NCBI RefSeq assembly: GCF_009914755.1
Contig: NC_060933.1
Direction: 5' to 3' (one strand)
Length of the DNA: 64,000 nt
Source of the DNA: the human T2T-CHM13v2.0 reference genome, Homo sapiens
A model generated the notes under the pieces. That model saw nothing but the letters and a program-made list of their open reading frames with translations. It was not told the DNA's origin and ran no database searches. Each line of letters starts with the position of its first letter. The stretch's first letter is position 1. Both the position numbers and the translations under genes were made by a program. Shown here one piece after another: positions 14,918 to 28,802 of this stretch.

Positions 14918-15054
14918 CAGGGTTATTTTCTTCTTCATTTCTGCTCTTATCAGAGCGATAAGATACTTAATGGCTACTTTCCTAAAAGTGTGTCTCAACC
15001 CAGCCCACGGTATTGGATTCTACCCCAGTGTTCCCAAGGAGAACCTTGATATAC

Positions 15055-15334
15055 TTTTTTTTTTGACAGTGTCTGGCTCTGTCACTCAGGCTGGAGTGCA
15101 GTGGTGCAGTCTTGGCTGACTGCAGCCTCAACCTCCTGGGGTCAATTGCTCCATCTCCCTAGCATTGGGACCACAGGTGTGAGCCACCAAGCCCAGTTAA
15201 TTTTTGTATTTTTTTGTAGAGACAGGGTTTTGCCATATTGCCCAGACTGGTTTTGAACTCCTGAGCTCAAGTGATCAGCCCATCTCAGCCTCTCAAATTG
15301 CTGGGATGACAGGGCTGAGCCACTGCACCCAGCC
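15055..15334 (-). mobile_element. AluJ
   Basis: Reverse Alu with J-type tgcagcctcaacctcctggg and gagctcaagtgatc. Confidence 0.9.
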
Positions 15335-15573
15335 ATGGTATACTACTTTTGATGGGTCAAATGGGACAATAGCAGAAAGCCTGGTGAGGGGATCTGCAAG
15401 GGCTGATGGTGGAGATGCAGGCAAAGGAGAGAGGCAAGCGGCTGTCCTGGGCGGGCAGGCCCCTCTCACACTCACGATCTTCCTGACACAGGGAAGGCCA
15501 TCTCTTGTTCATTTCTTTCCTCCTCTCTGCCTTCACACTTGGCTCAATTGTATAGTTAAGTCAGGAACTTACA

Positions 15574-15845
15574 GGCTTATGCCTGTAATCCCAGCATTTT
15601 GGGAGGCTGAGGTGGGCGGATCACTTGAGGCCAGGCGTTTGAGACCAACCTGGTTAACATGGCAAAACCCCATCTCTACAAACAACAAAAAATTAACTGC
15701 TTGTGGTGGCACATGCCTGTGGTCCCAGCTATTTGGAAGGCTTAGGTGGGAGGATTGCTTGAGCCCAGGAGATCAAGAATATAGTGAGCCATAATTGTGC
15801 ACTCCAGCCTGAGTGGCAGAGCAAGACTCTGACTTAAAAAAAAAA
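15574..15845 (+). mobile_element. AluJ
   Basis: gcctgtaatcccagc..ggaggattgcttgagcccaggag..A tail. Confidence 0.9.
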
Positions 15846-17034
15846 GAAAATCTATACTTAGGCAGGGCCTCTTCTTTCCTCAGACCATTCCTTGCATTTC
15901 CAAAGGCCCAACATGGAGGTCACCAGCTTCCCTGGCAGGGATTGGTCATCTCTCTCCCGCACTCCCTTAGCCCTTCCTGACTGAGAGTCTGCATTGTGCC
16001 AGGCTCTGAGCCGGTGCTCAGGACACCATTGCAGGCAAAACAGACTTACCCCGTGCCCTCAAGGATGTCTCAGTACATTTGGAGAGGCAGACATTGATGA
16101 AACAAACACACACAGAATTGTACCTTTGCTATAAAAGAAAGGGACCAAGACTGAAGACCTAAGCTTGGCTGAGGGTTTGGCATGGGCTCTGAGGAAGGGA
16201 CATTTAGGCACAGTCTTGAGAGGGGAGCAGAGTTGGCTGGGTACGGCAGCGGTGAGAGTCACCGGGCAGAAGCTGGCCCAGGATGAGGTGGAGAGTGGCC
16301 TATCTGAAACAGGCAAGAAGGCCTGCGAGTGTGGCATGAAGATCTGGGGGAGCTGCACAGGGAACACAGGTCCTAGCACAGAGGCACGGGATACACCACT
16401 TAGTGCCCATTACACAGTAATGAAGGTGAAGACCAGAGGCACCCATAGCTCATGGCAGGCTTGGGAATAGAAATAAAAATTCCTAGATTCCGGAGCTGAG
16501 CCAGAAGGCGGTAGATCTCAGATGTGTGAGAGTCCTCCAGGACTTAACAGGCAAAGTCAGGAAGTGAAGTGGGCTGAGTCTTCAGCAATGATGTTCCTCC
16601 CTCTCCTCCCCGCATGTCCCCTTCCCTCTAGGGCCTGCGTCTCTGCTTTCCTCCTCAGCACCAACACCTGGACTCCAATGTGCTTACTGCCCAGCCTGGA
16701 CTTCCCAGGGCTCCTCCTTTCTCAGCCCCTCGGGTCTGCCTTCTCCTTCCTGCACCTGGTTCCAGGCTGGGACCTGCTCACGGGGCTCTGGCCACTGTCT
16801 TTCTGTTTCACGGTGGAATACACCAAGCTTGTTCCAGCCCCGGGCCTTTGCACTTGGAGTTCTCTCTTCCTGAAATGCTCTTGCCTCTAGTCCAAATGAC
16901 ACTTTCTCAGAGTAGAACCTGCAACGTAATTTTTAGGGCACAGTGCAAAATGAAAATGGGAGTCCCTTGTGTAAAAAGCAGGGAATTAGCTTGTTTCTTT
17001 CTTCTGCAGTCTCTCTTGTCTGTCATAGTGTTTT

Positions 17035-17331
17035 TTTGATTAATTGATTGAGACGGGTTTTGCTCTGTTGCCTAGGCTGGAGTGCAGTGGCGTGATCACG
17101 GCCCACTGAAACTTTGACCTCTCAGGCTCAAGAGATCCTCCTAATCTCAGCCTCCTGAGTAGCTGGGACCACAGGTTTGTACCACTATGCCCAGCTAATT
17201 TTTAATTTTTTCGTAGAGACGAGGTCTTGCTGTGTTGCCCAGGCTGGTCTTGAACTCCTGAGCCCAAGTGATTCTCCCACCTCAGTCTCCCAAAGTGCTG
17301 AGATTACAAGTGTGGGCCACTGCACCTGGCC
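17035..17331 (-). mobile_element. AluJ inside MER45
   Basis: Reverse AluJ; TSD tgtcatagtgtttt (17021) / tatcatggtgtttt (17964). Confidence 0.92.
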
Positions 17332-17334
17332 TAT

Positions 17335-17962
17335 TGAAAGGTGAAGCCAGCTGGACTTCCTGGGTCAAGTGGAGACTTGGAGAACTTTTCTGTCTTACAA
17401 GAGGATTGTAAAATGCACCAATCAGCACTCTGTAGCTAGGATTGTAAAACCCACGAATCAGCGCTCTGTAGCTAGCAAGGGGATTGTAAAATGCACTAAT
17501 CAGCAATCCATAAAAACGCACCAATCAGTGCTCTGTAGCTAGCAAGAGGATTATAAAATGCACAAATGAGCACTCTGTAAAACACCAATCAGTGCTCTGT
17601 AAAATGCACCAATCAGAACTCTGTAAAACACACCAATCAGCAGGACTCTAAGAGTAGCCAATCACAGGGAGGATTGAAAAAAGGGCATTCTGATAGGACA
17701 GAAACAGAACATGGAAGGGGACAAATAAGGGAATAAAAGCTGGCTACACCCAGCCAGCAGTGGCAACCTGCTGGGGTCACCTTCCAGGCTGTGGAAGCTT
17801 TGTCCTTTTGCTCTTCACCATGAACCTGGCTACTGCTCGCTCTCCGGGTCCGTGCCATCTTTAACAGCTGTAACACTCACTGCGAAGATCCCCGGCTCCA
17901 TTCTTGAAGTCAACGAGAACACAAGACCACGAACCCACCCGCAGGAACCAGCCCCGGCCACA
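17335..17962 (+). mobile_element. Solo LTR12F-like (ERV9) LTR
   Basis: TG..CA ends; start tgaaaggtgaagccagctggacttcctggg; tandem caccaatcagc repeats; 4-bp TSD ctat (17331-17334 / 17963-17966). Confidence 0.92.
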
Positions 17963-18290
17963 CTATCATGGTGTTTTAAATTAGCTATTCATTGCCATGC
18001 TTCCTGGGGCACAAGATACTTCTGGGGCAAATACAGACCTTCCCAGGCTCTTGGGAAATACACTGAACCTGTCCCACCTGGCACTGGTGCCCCTTCAGGG
18101 TGCAGAGGACAGTTACAGTTGCTGGGCAGGTGAGGCAGGAGGTGGCTGAGAACCTGTCATGGGGTACTCCTGGAGCATGTGCCATTGTCCCATCAGAGGC
18201 CACTTACAAAACACAAAATCAAAGATAAAGTTATTAAGAATTTCAACATGACTGCTGAAGAGTTTCAGTCTCCACATGCGAGGCTTCTTT

Positions 18291-18593
<303 letters not shown>

Positions 18594-20059
18594 GCGAGGC
18601 TTCTTTTGAATGTGGGACCTTATGCGACCATGCGAGCCACATGCCTGTGAAGCCAGCCCTGTCTCAGTGACCCGCTTTGATCCCCTTATCCAAAATAGCC
18701 CTATTCCATCTAACTGCAAAAGTCACACCCCATCACACCTCCCTGTTTTATGTCCTTTAGACAAAATTAGGTTCTGAAATGATCCCTTTAACCTGTTGTC
18801 TGTTTTTGTTGTCCACCGCGAAAGTGTAAACTTCATGAAAGCTTGTCCTAATTGTCTCCATGCCTAGGGCAGGAACTGGTACATGTAGACCTTCAATAAA
18901 TATTTGTTGATAGAGTAAATAAATGTAAAAGGGAATTTATTGCGGATAGTTGTCGATAAACTTGCTGTTTCTCCTAACTCATGCACTCTGGCAATGCGAC
19001 AGAACCGCCCGACGGGGCACTGTTTGGTCCTGTATGTGGAGTTACCAGACAGGACCTGGATGCTCTGGCCCATACGGAGTCCATCAGAAGGCCAGCTCCG
19101 GCTTTCTTTTGCTTTGAGGCTTGTCCTTGAGTTGCTCCAGGCAACTCAAGGGGTCTCATCTCCCTGCTGCCTTCTGCCCTGGATCATCTGTACCCTGCCT
19201 TTGGGCTGGGATGAAAGGAGTGCAGGGAGACCCAGGTCTCCTGAGAGACCTGTTCTTTCCTGGCTCTCAACACGGTGGCTAAGCTTCCCCATAACACTTG
19301 TCCCTCCCCCTCTCTGTCTTTCTCCCACAATCCAGGAGAATCTGCCTGCCCGGGGCACCCAGCCAGTTACTGTGACAATGACCTCCCATGAAGCTGAGCA
19401 ATTGCCACTAGCCTGCAATTAGCTGAATTTTTGGAAAGCCCCTGTGTGTACCAGGATCCCGGAATGAATATGAACACTGTCCCATCAGGCTGAAGTCTAA
19501 GGGGCTTCAGCATTCTTGATTAAAAATATACATATATTGACTCCAGTACTCATAACAAGTATGCCATTAACAGAGGCTAGGAAACTTTTTTAGTTATGCA
19601 GAGCTTTTGCACTAAAAAACAACGCAGTGTGAGGTCCATAATAGGAGGGAGAGGGAAGTGTGGCTTCAAGAGAATGCAAACAGCCCCATTGCAGAGGCAC
19701 GATGGAGGAACTCGGAGACGCAATAACAATCCTCTCTTTTTAAAAGCAACTTTGGACCTTATTTTTCTAACAAAAGTAGCAATATTTTCAGAAAATTCCC
19801 TTATATCATGTGTGTGTGTGTGTGTTTCAATTTAAATGATGGTTTTGGGCATTTTCTGTGGCTATTCCATTTGACTAGACATATGAAGCCAAACTGCGTC
19901 TGTGGCATGCATAAACATGATCTTCTCCTGCTTTTAAAAGAAAGAAGTATTAATGGCTTCTAATCTTCCTGAAGCAATATATTTATTTATTTTCCTAACA
20001 AAGTATATAAGTGGAATGTGCTATATCTGTACATATGTGCTGACTTTTTTTTTTAAGTA

Positions 20060-20550
20060 AGCTTTTCAAAGAGCCAACATCTGGCTTTGTTGATTTTCTG
20101 TATGTTTGTTTTCTATTTCTTAGTTTCTGTCTTTATCTATATTTCTATTATTTGCCTTCCCCTACTGTGGGTTTAATTTGCTCTTATTCTGGCTTTGTAA
20201 GGTGGAAACTTAGAACAGTGATTTAAGACTTTTTTCTTTTTTAATACAGACATTTAAAAGAATAAATTTTTCTCTAAGGATTGTGTAGGGTGCATCCTAC
20301 AAACTTGGACATACTGGGTATTTATTATCAGTCAGTTTGAAATATTTTCTAGTTCCTTAAAGACTTCTCCTTTTTTAAAAAACGGTATGTGTTATTTGGA
20401 AATGTGTACTTAATTTCCAAATACTTAGCTATTTTCTAAGTATCCTTTCTTAAAACATCTTATTGTTACTGATTTCTAATTCAATTCCATTGTGGTCAGA
20501 TTTCAAGCTACTGAAATTTACTGAGATTTGTTTTCTGACCCAGCATGAAA
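20060..20550 (-). mobile_element. Old L1M fragment
   Basis: ttttcaaagagccaacatctggctttgttgattt..tgatttctaattcaattccattgtggtcaga. Confidence 0.65.
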
Positions 20551-21939
20551 TGTGCATTTTTAGTGAACTGCCTCACCAGTTTTTATCTTTAAATTTTACT
20601 TCAAAATTATCTTCCCTCTTTAAATTTAGCCTGGAAACTGATACAAATGTGCATACTAAGACAAGGAACAAATAATGCCAACTCAGGCTTTATCTCTGTT
20701 GGAAAAATCTGTTTACTTTGCAATTATCAGAGATTGGCAGGCCTCTTCTAAAATGTTCCCTGCAGGGCACGGATTTAAAATACTCTCTCCTGAAATCAGG
20801 TGGCAAAGACAAGAAAAAATTATTTACTTCTGTCTATGGTTTTTAATGAATTACCTCTCAGAGGCAAGGGGAATTGGACGGGTCTCGGCATAGTTTGAAG
20901 ACTAGGGTTTGTCCTTGTCTCTCAGTATTTAAGGGTCTGTATTATTTCCCCACCATAGTTTCCACTTCTTTGACCTTCCCAGTGCTCCACAGACTCGGAC
21001 ATGAAACACACTTAGCAAATTCTATTTAATTGAGTAATGAACAGATATTGAGCATCCTCCGGCAGTGAAATCTGAAATAATGGCATTGAGAAAACAAATG
21101 TATGAAAATGGACATTCCCCACTGAACACTGCAATGATATCATTAATGAAATTGATATATTGGGTGTTGCCAAGTCACTCAAGTGGCTGTTAATAAATAC
21201 TAGAGCTTTTACGAGAATACAACTTCTTTAAAAAATGCAATCCTAAAATCAAGTCCCCAAATTTTAACATAAATGTAGTCGGAAGGTTTCTTTATGAATT
21301 AAGAAGTAAAGTGTTAAATAGTATAAAATATAACAAAAGGCAGATTTGATGGGAGGTGGGAGGTAGTGGAGAGGAGCTTTCTCTTTTACAGGTGTTTGAT
21401 GTATTTACATGGATTGGTGGATTAAAAGAAATGCCTGCAAGACAGTTTTATCCTGGTGATTAAATTTAATCTTGTACGAAAAATGGTGTGCCAATTATGT
21501 ATGTTTTGTTATGGCTTTGTTTACCAGATTCGAGAAGAATGTGTTGAATCAGTATATTTCATTTTCAAATCAACCAGTGGCATGTAGCCAAGATAATTTG
21601 CTGAAGGTTGGAGTTGTTCTGTTGTTACCTGGCTATTTTGGTGGTGTGCTGTGCTTAGCAGATTATTTTATACATAGTAGCTACTTAGTTAATATCACTT
21701 AGATTTAATTGATTTTTTGGTAGAGCTGAAATGAATGTTCATTTTTTATTAGATCGATTTATATTTAGAATCAGCAGCTAAAGAACTAAAGAATACAGAA
21801 TAATGTTTCTTCTGTGTCAACCCTGTTCCTATTCCCTGCCACTTCACCAAGCCTCGTTTTTCTGCACACCCTTGCTCAAGCCCTTGTAGACTGTGAACTC
21901 TCTTGGGTGACCCCTGTGCCTTCTGTTTCTGGGACCCCG

Positions 21940-22360
21940 GATAACCCGGGCTCCCTGGAAGGAGACCCTGAGGAGATTTGCCAGCAGGAGGTTTATCGGG
22001 GAGTGCTTTTGGAAAGAAAACTCAGAAAGGAGTGGGAGAACAGGATGAGACAGAGGGAGAAGCTGAAATGCCACACAGCTGCAGCCACGGGCAGGGCTGA
22101 TCTGCTGGGATCCTGGAGCCCGGAGGGCTGTTCCCGAGCTGCACAGGATCGAAGCCACAGGCCCTGCTTTTGTATCCCTGTCATTGGTTTCAGGCTGCCT
22201 CTGGGGATGGGTTGTTACTTTGGAGGGGACAACTCCCTTTTGCCAAAGGCTTTTCCAAAAGAACAAGTGAGCTGTGAGTCTTCAGCAGCAATGATCTGGC
22301 AGCTGGGAGAGTGAGCACCGCCATCATGAAGGGTGGCCACCACGGTGCCCCCGACACCTA
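21940..22360. mobile_element. LTR16-like (ERVL) LTR
   Basis: gagaccctgagg..gcaggaggtttatcggggagtgct..agggagaagctgaa..gtcattggtttcaggctgcc. Confidence 0.55.
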
Positions 22361-24651
22361 CAAGGGGGAGGCGGGGGCGGGGGGCAAGTTGAGGAGGGTG
22401 AGAGGGGAGGGACAGTCAGGGGAGTGGGTACCGTGACACGTCCTGGACTCTGAGCGCTGAAGAGGAAAGAGGGATGGGGGGAAGGGTCAGTGGGTTGTGG
22501 TTCTCGGGGAGAACGGGAGGATGGAGTCCTGCAGCTACCGCTGGGAATGGAAGGGAGGCCCAAGACCGGTGCGTGGGGTCGGGGGAGGCTGGAGGAGAGT
22601 GAGGGAATGGGAAAGATCCCCCATAGTGACAGTAAGATCCCAAACTTATGGTTTTGAAAGTTACTAAAATGCTTTAAAAATCACTTCACATGCTTTTTAC
22701 TGTTCTTATTTGTGTTTTGAAAAAGTCATAAGGGAAGGGAGGGAGATAATGAATTGAATACATGTTTTGTTTAAAACAAGACAACCAGTTTAGTCAGATT
22801 TTAGGTCTTCAAGTGAGATTTCTTAGAATAAAGAAGCTCTTTCCATTGGAAGGCTGTGCCCTCATCCTTTAAAAAATGTTTGTGACTGTGGCGCAGCCGC
22901 TGTTCCTTCGGAGCTCTCTCCGAGCCTAAAGCAATCTGTCCAGACACTCATCTCTGCTCGATCCGGTGCCCTTCTCCTTGGGAGGTGCGTCTGTAACCAT
23001 CTGCACATGGCGCTGCCTTCTGGGCTGCCTCGCTGCGGGCCAGGTGTGGCCGCCAGATGTCTGACCTCCTCTCGGGGAGAGCGCAAGGACCACCTCTTCT
23101 GCCTGGAGGCTTTTCGCTTTTTGTGTCATTCTCCAACCTGAATTTGGCTTCCAGCTACCAGGAGACAGCCAACTTTGATCACGCTCTGCTTAGAGAACCC
23201 CATTAAAAATCAGCAAGTGCTGTAAATTTCATTTGGATAAAGCATTTTAAAGGCTAATGGATGAAATTGAATGCAAGAAATGTATTCTAATTTCTGTCCA
23301 TTTCTGAAAAAAAAAATTCCACTCCTAGTTCATACTTATTTCTAGTGATCTAGAATCCTCTGGCCTTCGGTGTCGATTTCTGTCATTTTCATTTCTGGGT
23401 CTAACTTTTCAGTTTTTTTTTCTCCTACATTGAGTTTTTTCACCAAGTAATCTCCATTTTAGATGATAATCTTTTTTTGTGCCTGTCCTTCTTCCTCCTT
23501 CCAGTTTTACATCCTGATTTTTCGAATTCCCTTTCCTGAACAATTCCCATCTTAGGCTTTAGCTCCATATTCAAGACTTTCTTTTTCAAATGAGTCTTGG
23601 AATGCCCTGTGGCCTTCCCAAAGCGCTATTGAGATAGTTTGCCCTTGCAGTTAAGAGGCCTCCAGGTGTTTCGAGGCCATCTCTAGAGTTTGCAACTGTT
23701 TTTAGTTCAATAAATGGAAACATTGTAAACATGTAAAGTTCAGTTTGCACATGGAGTTCATGTTGCTTGGTCTGATTCTCGTGCTTCCCCCATTACTTTG
23801 GGGACCTTAGGTGGATAGTCATTAATATCATCATCATCCATCACCACAAATGCACTGTTTCCTCATTGTGTGGGGAAGAATGGGAGGATCTTTATCCTAA
23901 CAGCACATACCATATCCCATATCATGCCCTATTGAGTACTACTGTCAAACTCACAGAAGGTGGACCTTTGTCTCTAGAATTCCAGGATTAATTTTGCAAG
24001 TAGAGTTGTGAACATATGTATTTTCTTAATTATTCAATTAACTAACATTTTAAAGCACTTCTGTGATTATAAAGTGAATAAAGGTTAATTGCAGAACAAT
24101 TGGAAAATGATGAAAAGTATAGAGAATAAAATAAAATTCACCCATAATTGCATTGACTGGAGAGAATCACTCTTAAGCACTGGGCTATTGCTTTGTAGTC
24201 TTCCTTGGATAAAGCTTGTAAACTTTTGTTCTCTTCACATTATGAAAAGTTTCTCATATCTTTAAAGGTAAGATGATTTTACAATGATAGCATATTGTTC
24301 TATCAGATGGTGTATTTCAATATTTCCCATTTGTCCTACATTTCAAATGTTTTATTATCATAAACAACTTTGCGATAAACACTAAACACCCTTGTACAAG
24401 TGGAATGACTGGGTCAAATTATGATGTTTTAGGATTTGATAGAAGCTTACAAGAAGATGAAGGCAAAATCTCAGAACTAAGTTTATGAAAATTTTATAAC
24501 CTTTAAAAAGATTTTTATCATCATTCTGGACACTGCGTGAAGGATCTCTTTTATTTCTTCTTTCGTTAGTAGCTTCTATTATTGTTACAAAAATCTACTT
24601 GTGGAATATTCATCTCAACTATTTTATTGATGCCAAAGACTGGAGGGTACA

Positions 24652-25182
24652 CACTACTGGGTATGTATCCAAAAGAAAATAAATTGTTCTACCAAAAAGA
24701 CACATACACTCGTATGTTCATCGCAGCAGTATTCACAATAGCAAAGACATAGACTCAGCCTAGGTGCCCATCAACGGTGGATTGGATAAAGAAAATGTGG
24801 TACACATACACCATGAAATACTATGCAGCCATAAGAGAGAATGAAATTATGTCCTGGGTAGCAACATGGATGCAGCTGGAGGCCATTATCCTAAGGGAAT
24901 TAACACAGAAACAAAAAACCAAATACTACGTGTTCTCACTTAGAAATGGGAGCTAAACATTGGGTACACACAGACATAAAGATGGGAACAGTAGACACTG
25001 GAGATTACTAGAAGTGAGTTGGGGGAAGGGTTAGAAAACTACTGGGTTCTATGCTCAGTACCTGGGTGCCAGGATAAGTCGCACCCCAAACCTCAGCATC
25101 CTGTAGTATATTCATGTAACAAGGCTGCACCTGTACCCTCTGATTCTAAAATAAAAGCTGAAATTATGTATATTAAAAAAAA
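24652..25182 (+). mobile_element. 5'-truncated old L1PA 3' end
   Basis: ORF2 C-terminus/3'UTR plus A tail; TSD actggaggg[t/c]aca 24639-24651 / 25183-25195. Confidence 0.9.
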
Positions 25183-26535
25183 ACTGGAGGGCACAGTAAG
25201 TGAAGGCTAAGGAAGGTCCCTCCCTAACCAAGCTAAAATCGCCAGGGCAGTCAATGTGTCTCAATATTCGTGTACTTGACTGAAAGCAAAAGAAGACTGT
25301 CATCCTCAACTTTGTCTAAACTTGCATGGCCTGAGCCCACAGTCCATAACCCTGTCATCCAAATCCCAAGCCATCATTTTGCTCTAATGTCTATAAATCT
25401 ATTTGTCACCACCATTTCTCAGCACTGCATTTGCTCTTGACCAGAACATAAAGACAGGGTTCCTAATTTCCTGTGGCCATTAAGATTCTTCTACTCTTTG
25501 CTCAAGGATGACCCCAGGGTGATAATTTCTACTTCCCTCTTTTATGCATCTTCATTCTTGAACAACTCAGCTCACTTCTTCTGTGATGTCATTTTTTCTC
25601 CTCAGAGATCATGATTCTCTTTCATTCTCTCGTTTCTCATTGTATAGCAAATTATCATGTTGTGTGATAATCATTGGTTTAACTACAAGATATCCTCATC
25701 AAAGACTCCTTGTTTATCCCTGTATCCCCTCTATCTGCACAGAGTCTGCTAGTGGGTGTAATACTAGGTGTCTCAAAATTGTTAAATGTATGAATGAGTG
25801 CTGAGCTATGCCTTGTGGCCTGCTTGCGTACAACTCATAGAATGTTAGGGGGAATCAGACTGTGTGAAAAAAAGACTGTGTATGTGTAGGGTGATCAAAA
25901 TCATTTTTTCAGATGACGTGTAACTTTCCAATGCACCAAAGCCTTTCACTTGTTTTTTCAAAATTTTCATGCACGGCTCTTATACTTTTGTAAGATTTTT
26001 TGTTGTTGTTCAAGGAACTGTGGCTTGTTTTTCAGTCTGGGTACATCCAAGACTGGACCATTCTGCTCTCCAGTTCATGGGAGTTGATGGGAACACTTAA
26101 TCAAAGTTGGATTCATTCCATTTGGTTACCTCCATGCTGCCAGTCAACTCTTTCCCTGCACTCCTCTTGATTTTTAAACTCTGTAAATGTACAGTCTTGT
26201 GTAAATGTGCATGTCATAATATGTGTAAAGAGAGGCACTCTCACAGTTTGATAAAGATGAAACATGAACAGACTCAGATAATTGGTATTATTGTTTTACT
26301 TTAACTGGGGTTTCAAATTCCACAACAAACATAATGCTTTCCCTTTAGCATAGAAAATATTGGCCACCTACAAAGGGCCTTTTCAACATGGAATTTTATT
26401 TTAACTTTGTGTCTTTGAGGTAATTTTTAATACATGAGTATATTTGAGATGTATTAAATCTTCGAGGAAGCAAATTAGCAAGTGGAAATAATTAGGGTAA
26501 ATTAATCGATTTTCTAACTGAGAAAAGTGGAATGT

Positions 26536-26897
26536 TGTCTTAGTCTGCTTTATGCTGCTATAACAGAATATTTGAGACAGTAATTTATAATGAACAGAAA
26601 TTTGTTTCTCACAGTTCTGGAGGCTGGGAAGTCCAAGATCAAGATGCTGGCAGGTTTGGTGTCTGGTGAGGGGCACAGTCTCCTTTTCCAAGATGGCGCC
26701 TTGAATGCTGCATCCTCCAGAGGGGAGGAATGCTCTTCCCCACATGGCAGAACATTGGAAGAGACTGAACCCACTCACATAAGCCCTTGTTATAGTGGCA
26801 TTGGTCCATTCACGAGGGCAGAGCCTTCATGACCTAAACATCTCTCAACATTGTTGCTTTGGGGATTGTTTCCAACACATAAATTTCACCCATAGCA
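26536..26897 (-). mobile_element. MST (MSTC/D-like) MaLR LTR
   Basis: tgtcttagtc..gctgctataacagaata..ttctggaggctgggaagtccaagatcaagatgctggcagg..ccatagca. Confidence 0.85.
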
Positions 26898-28218
26898 AAT
26901 GTAATATTGTCACTCCATAATAGACTATAATTAATTGACAAGTTGTTTTTAGAATATTTATTTTATAATATGCAAGTCTTAAAATAAAAAAAGAACTTGC
27001 TTCTGGGCACATTTTAAACATGTTATCTATTTTAATTAATTTAGATAAATAAAAACACATATAAGTTTAATGAATCACTTTTACGTATCTGCTTTAGTCT
27101 GATTGGCAGTATTGCCTTTTTAGATTTGTAATATTGCTAAGCTAAAATACTTGGGTCATGCTGTTTAGAATAGCCTCTGCAGTTTTGGCCCAGCTGACCA
27201 AATATCTAAGGATACACGGAGGTTAGTAAAATAAAAAAACATGCCAACTGGAACAGGCATGCTGCCGCATGAGTTAGTCTAACAGTTCTGCACAGTGCTC
27301 AAAATGCACCAAAGGAACCTCATTAAAAAAATAAAAAGATGATAAACAAATAAAGTCGAAGGCAATGTAAGGCTTACATTTCAACTTGAGTCCAAAGAAA
27401 TAACATTCTCTAACTATTATGCTAAAGCTACTTTGTTTAATTTTAATTTTTGAAAAGTCTACTGCATGAAAAAAATAATTTACTTTTGTTAAAGCTCGAT
27501 CTTAGTGTAATAATTAGGCAGCTACTGATTTTCTGGGGGTTTTCTTTATAGAAGTCTCAGAGAAGAGTGGAACAGCTTTTTTGGTCAGCATTTTGAAATA
27601 AAAATTGTGGACCAGGTAGAGCTTTTTGGCATTCCATCTGTGACTTAGGGAAGGAGGAGATTGGAAAATACTGCTTATTTTATACTTACTGCTCTTCCCA
27701 TTCTTTCAGCACTCTAATGAGCTAACAAGATTAGAAAACGGAGCTCGGACTTTGGCTCAAGACCCCTTAGGACACACTGACCAGTCCATTTCCTACACCC
27801 CAGGAAAGATGGCACAGTGATCTGTTTCATCCACAGATGTTAGTGTAAAACACCTGTGCACAAGACTGTGCTAACTCTGCAAACACAGCAGCCTACATGT
27901 GGAGGGGCAAGACTGTCCTCAAAGCTGGCTCTGTCCATTCCCCACTGGGTCCGGCTGGATGTTCTGTGGAAGAGTTGTGATTGTGAAGATGAAGGCTACT
28001 TGGACTTGTTGCACAACCAGGCAAAGCTACTATGGGCTTTAAACGGTGTGATCTGGTGGGGGATCTCACCACTCTCCACCAGGGAATGAAGGTTGTCACC
28101 ATTCTCTCTGCCACCCACGACTTTAGACTTTAGGGACCAGTGACTGTGAAGGCTGCCGGAGCACCCTCCACTAAGAGATGCCTCCATGTCCTCTCTTCAT
28201 GGGCTGATTAGGGCTTCA

Positions 28219-28294
28219 TCAGTATGTGAAATAGGTTAGTTAGACAGTTAGATGATGTCAGTATGTGAAACAGGTTAGTTAGATGGTTAGACGA
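28219..28294 (+). repeat. 39-bp tandem duplication (2 copies)
   Basis: tcagtatgtgaaa[t/c]aggttagttaga[ca/tg]gttaga[t/c]ga starting at 28219 and 28258. Confidence 0.9.
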
Positions 28295-28802
28295 GAAAAA
28301 CATGGCTATTAGACTTTGGACTGACCCAACCGCAGTTCACCATCAGAGAAAGTTGGTGATAGAGCTGGCTGCTTCCCTGAACCTTCCTACACCCAAGCGG
28401 TTGTGATGGGAAGGGCTGAGCAAGGTTGCTCCCTGTTATTTTACTGGCTTTGTTTGCAGGCTTTTCATTCAGGTAAATTATGCATATATTTCAGATATAT
28501 AGTGTATTTGCCCCTGCAGATGTGGTTGAAATAAACTGCTCATTTTCTTCTCTTATTCTAGAGCACATGTACTTGATTCAACAAATACTTGAAGACTTCT
28601 TAGGCTTTCAGTAGCCATTTCATAATTTTTCCCTAACTTAATAAAAATGGCTACTCAGTTTTATTAAATGTCTATTTAGGAAGCTGGCAGTGTAATGTAC
28701 TTTTTCTACCTTAATTTGGAGGTATAACATATGTATATGGTACGTTATAAGGATTCCTTATGTTGGACCATTTTTGAAGTCTTAGGATATGCCCTAGGGA
28801 GT

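Noticed and set aside
17400-17665. Regularly spaced repeats resembling a CRISPR array (also 33520-33880)
   Set aside because: These are the tandem CCAAT/NF-Y enhancer units of LTR12; no unique spacers, no cas genes, eukaryotic DNA
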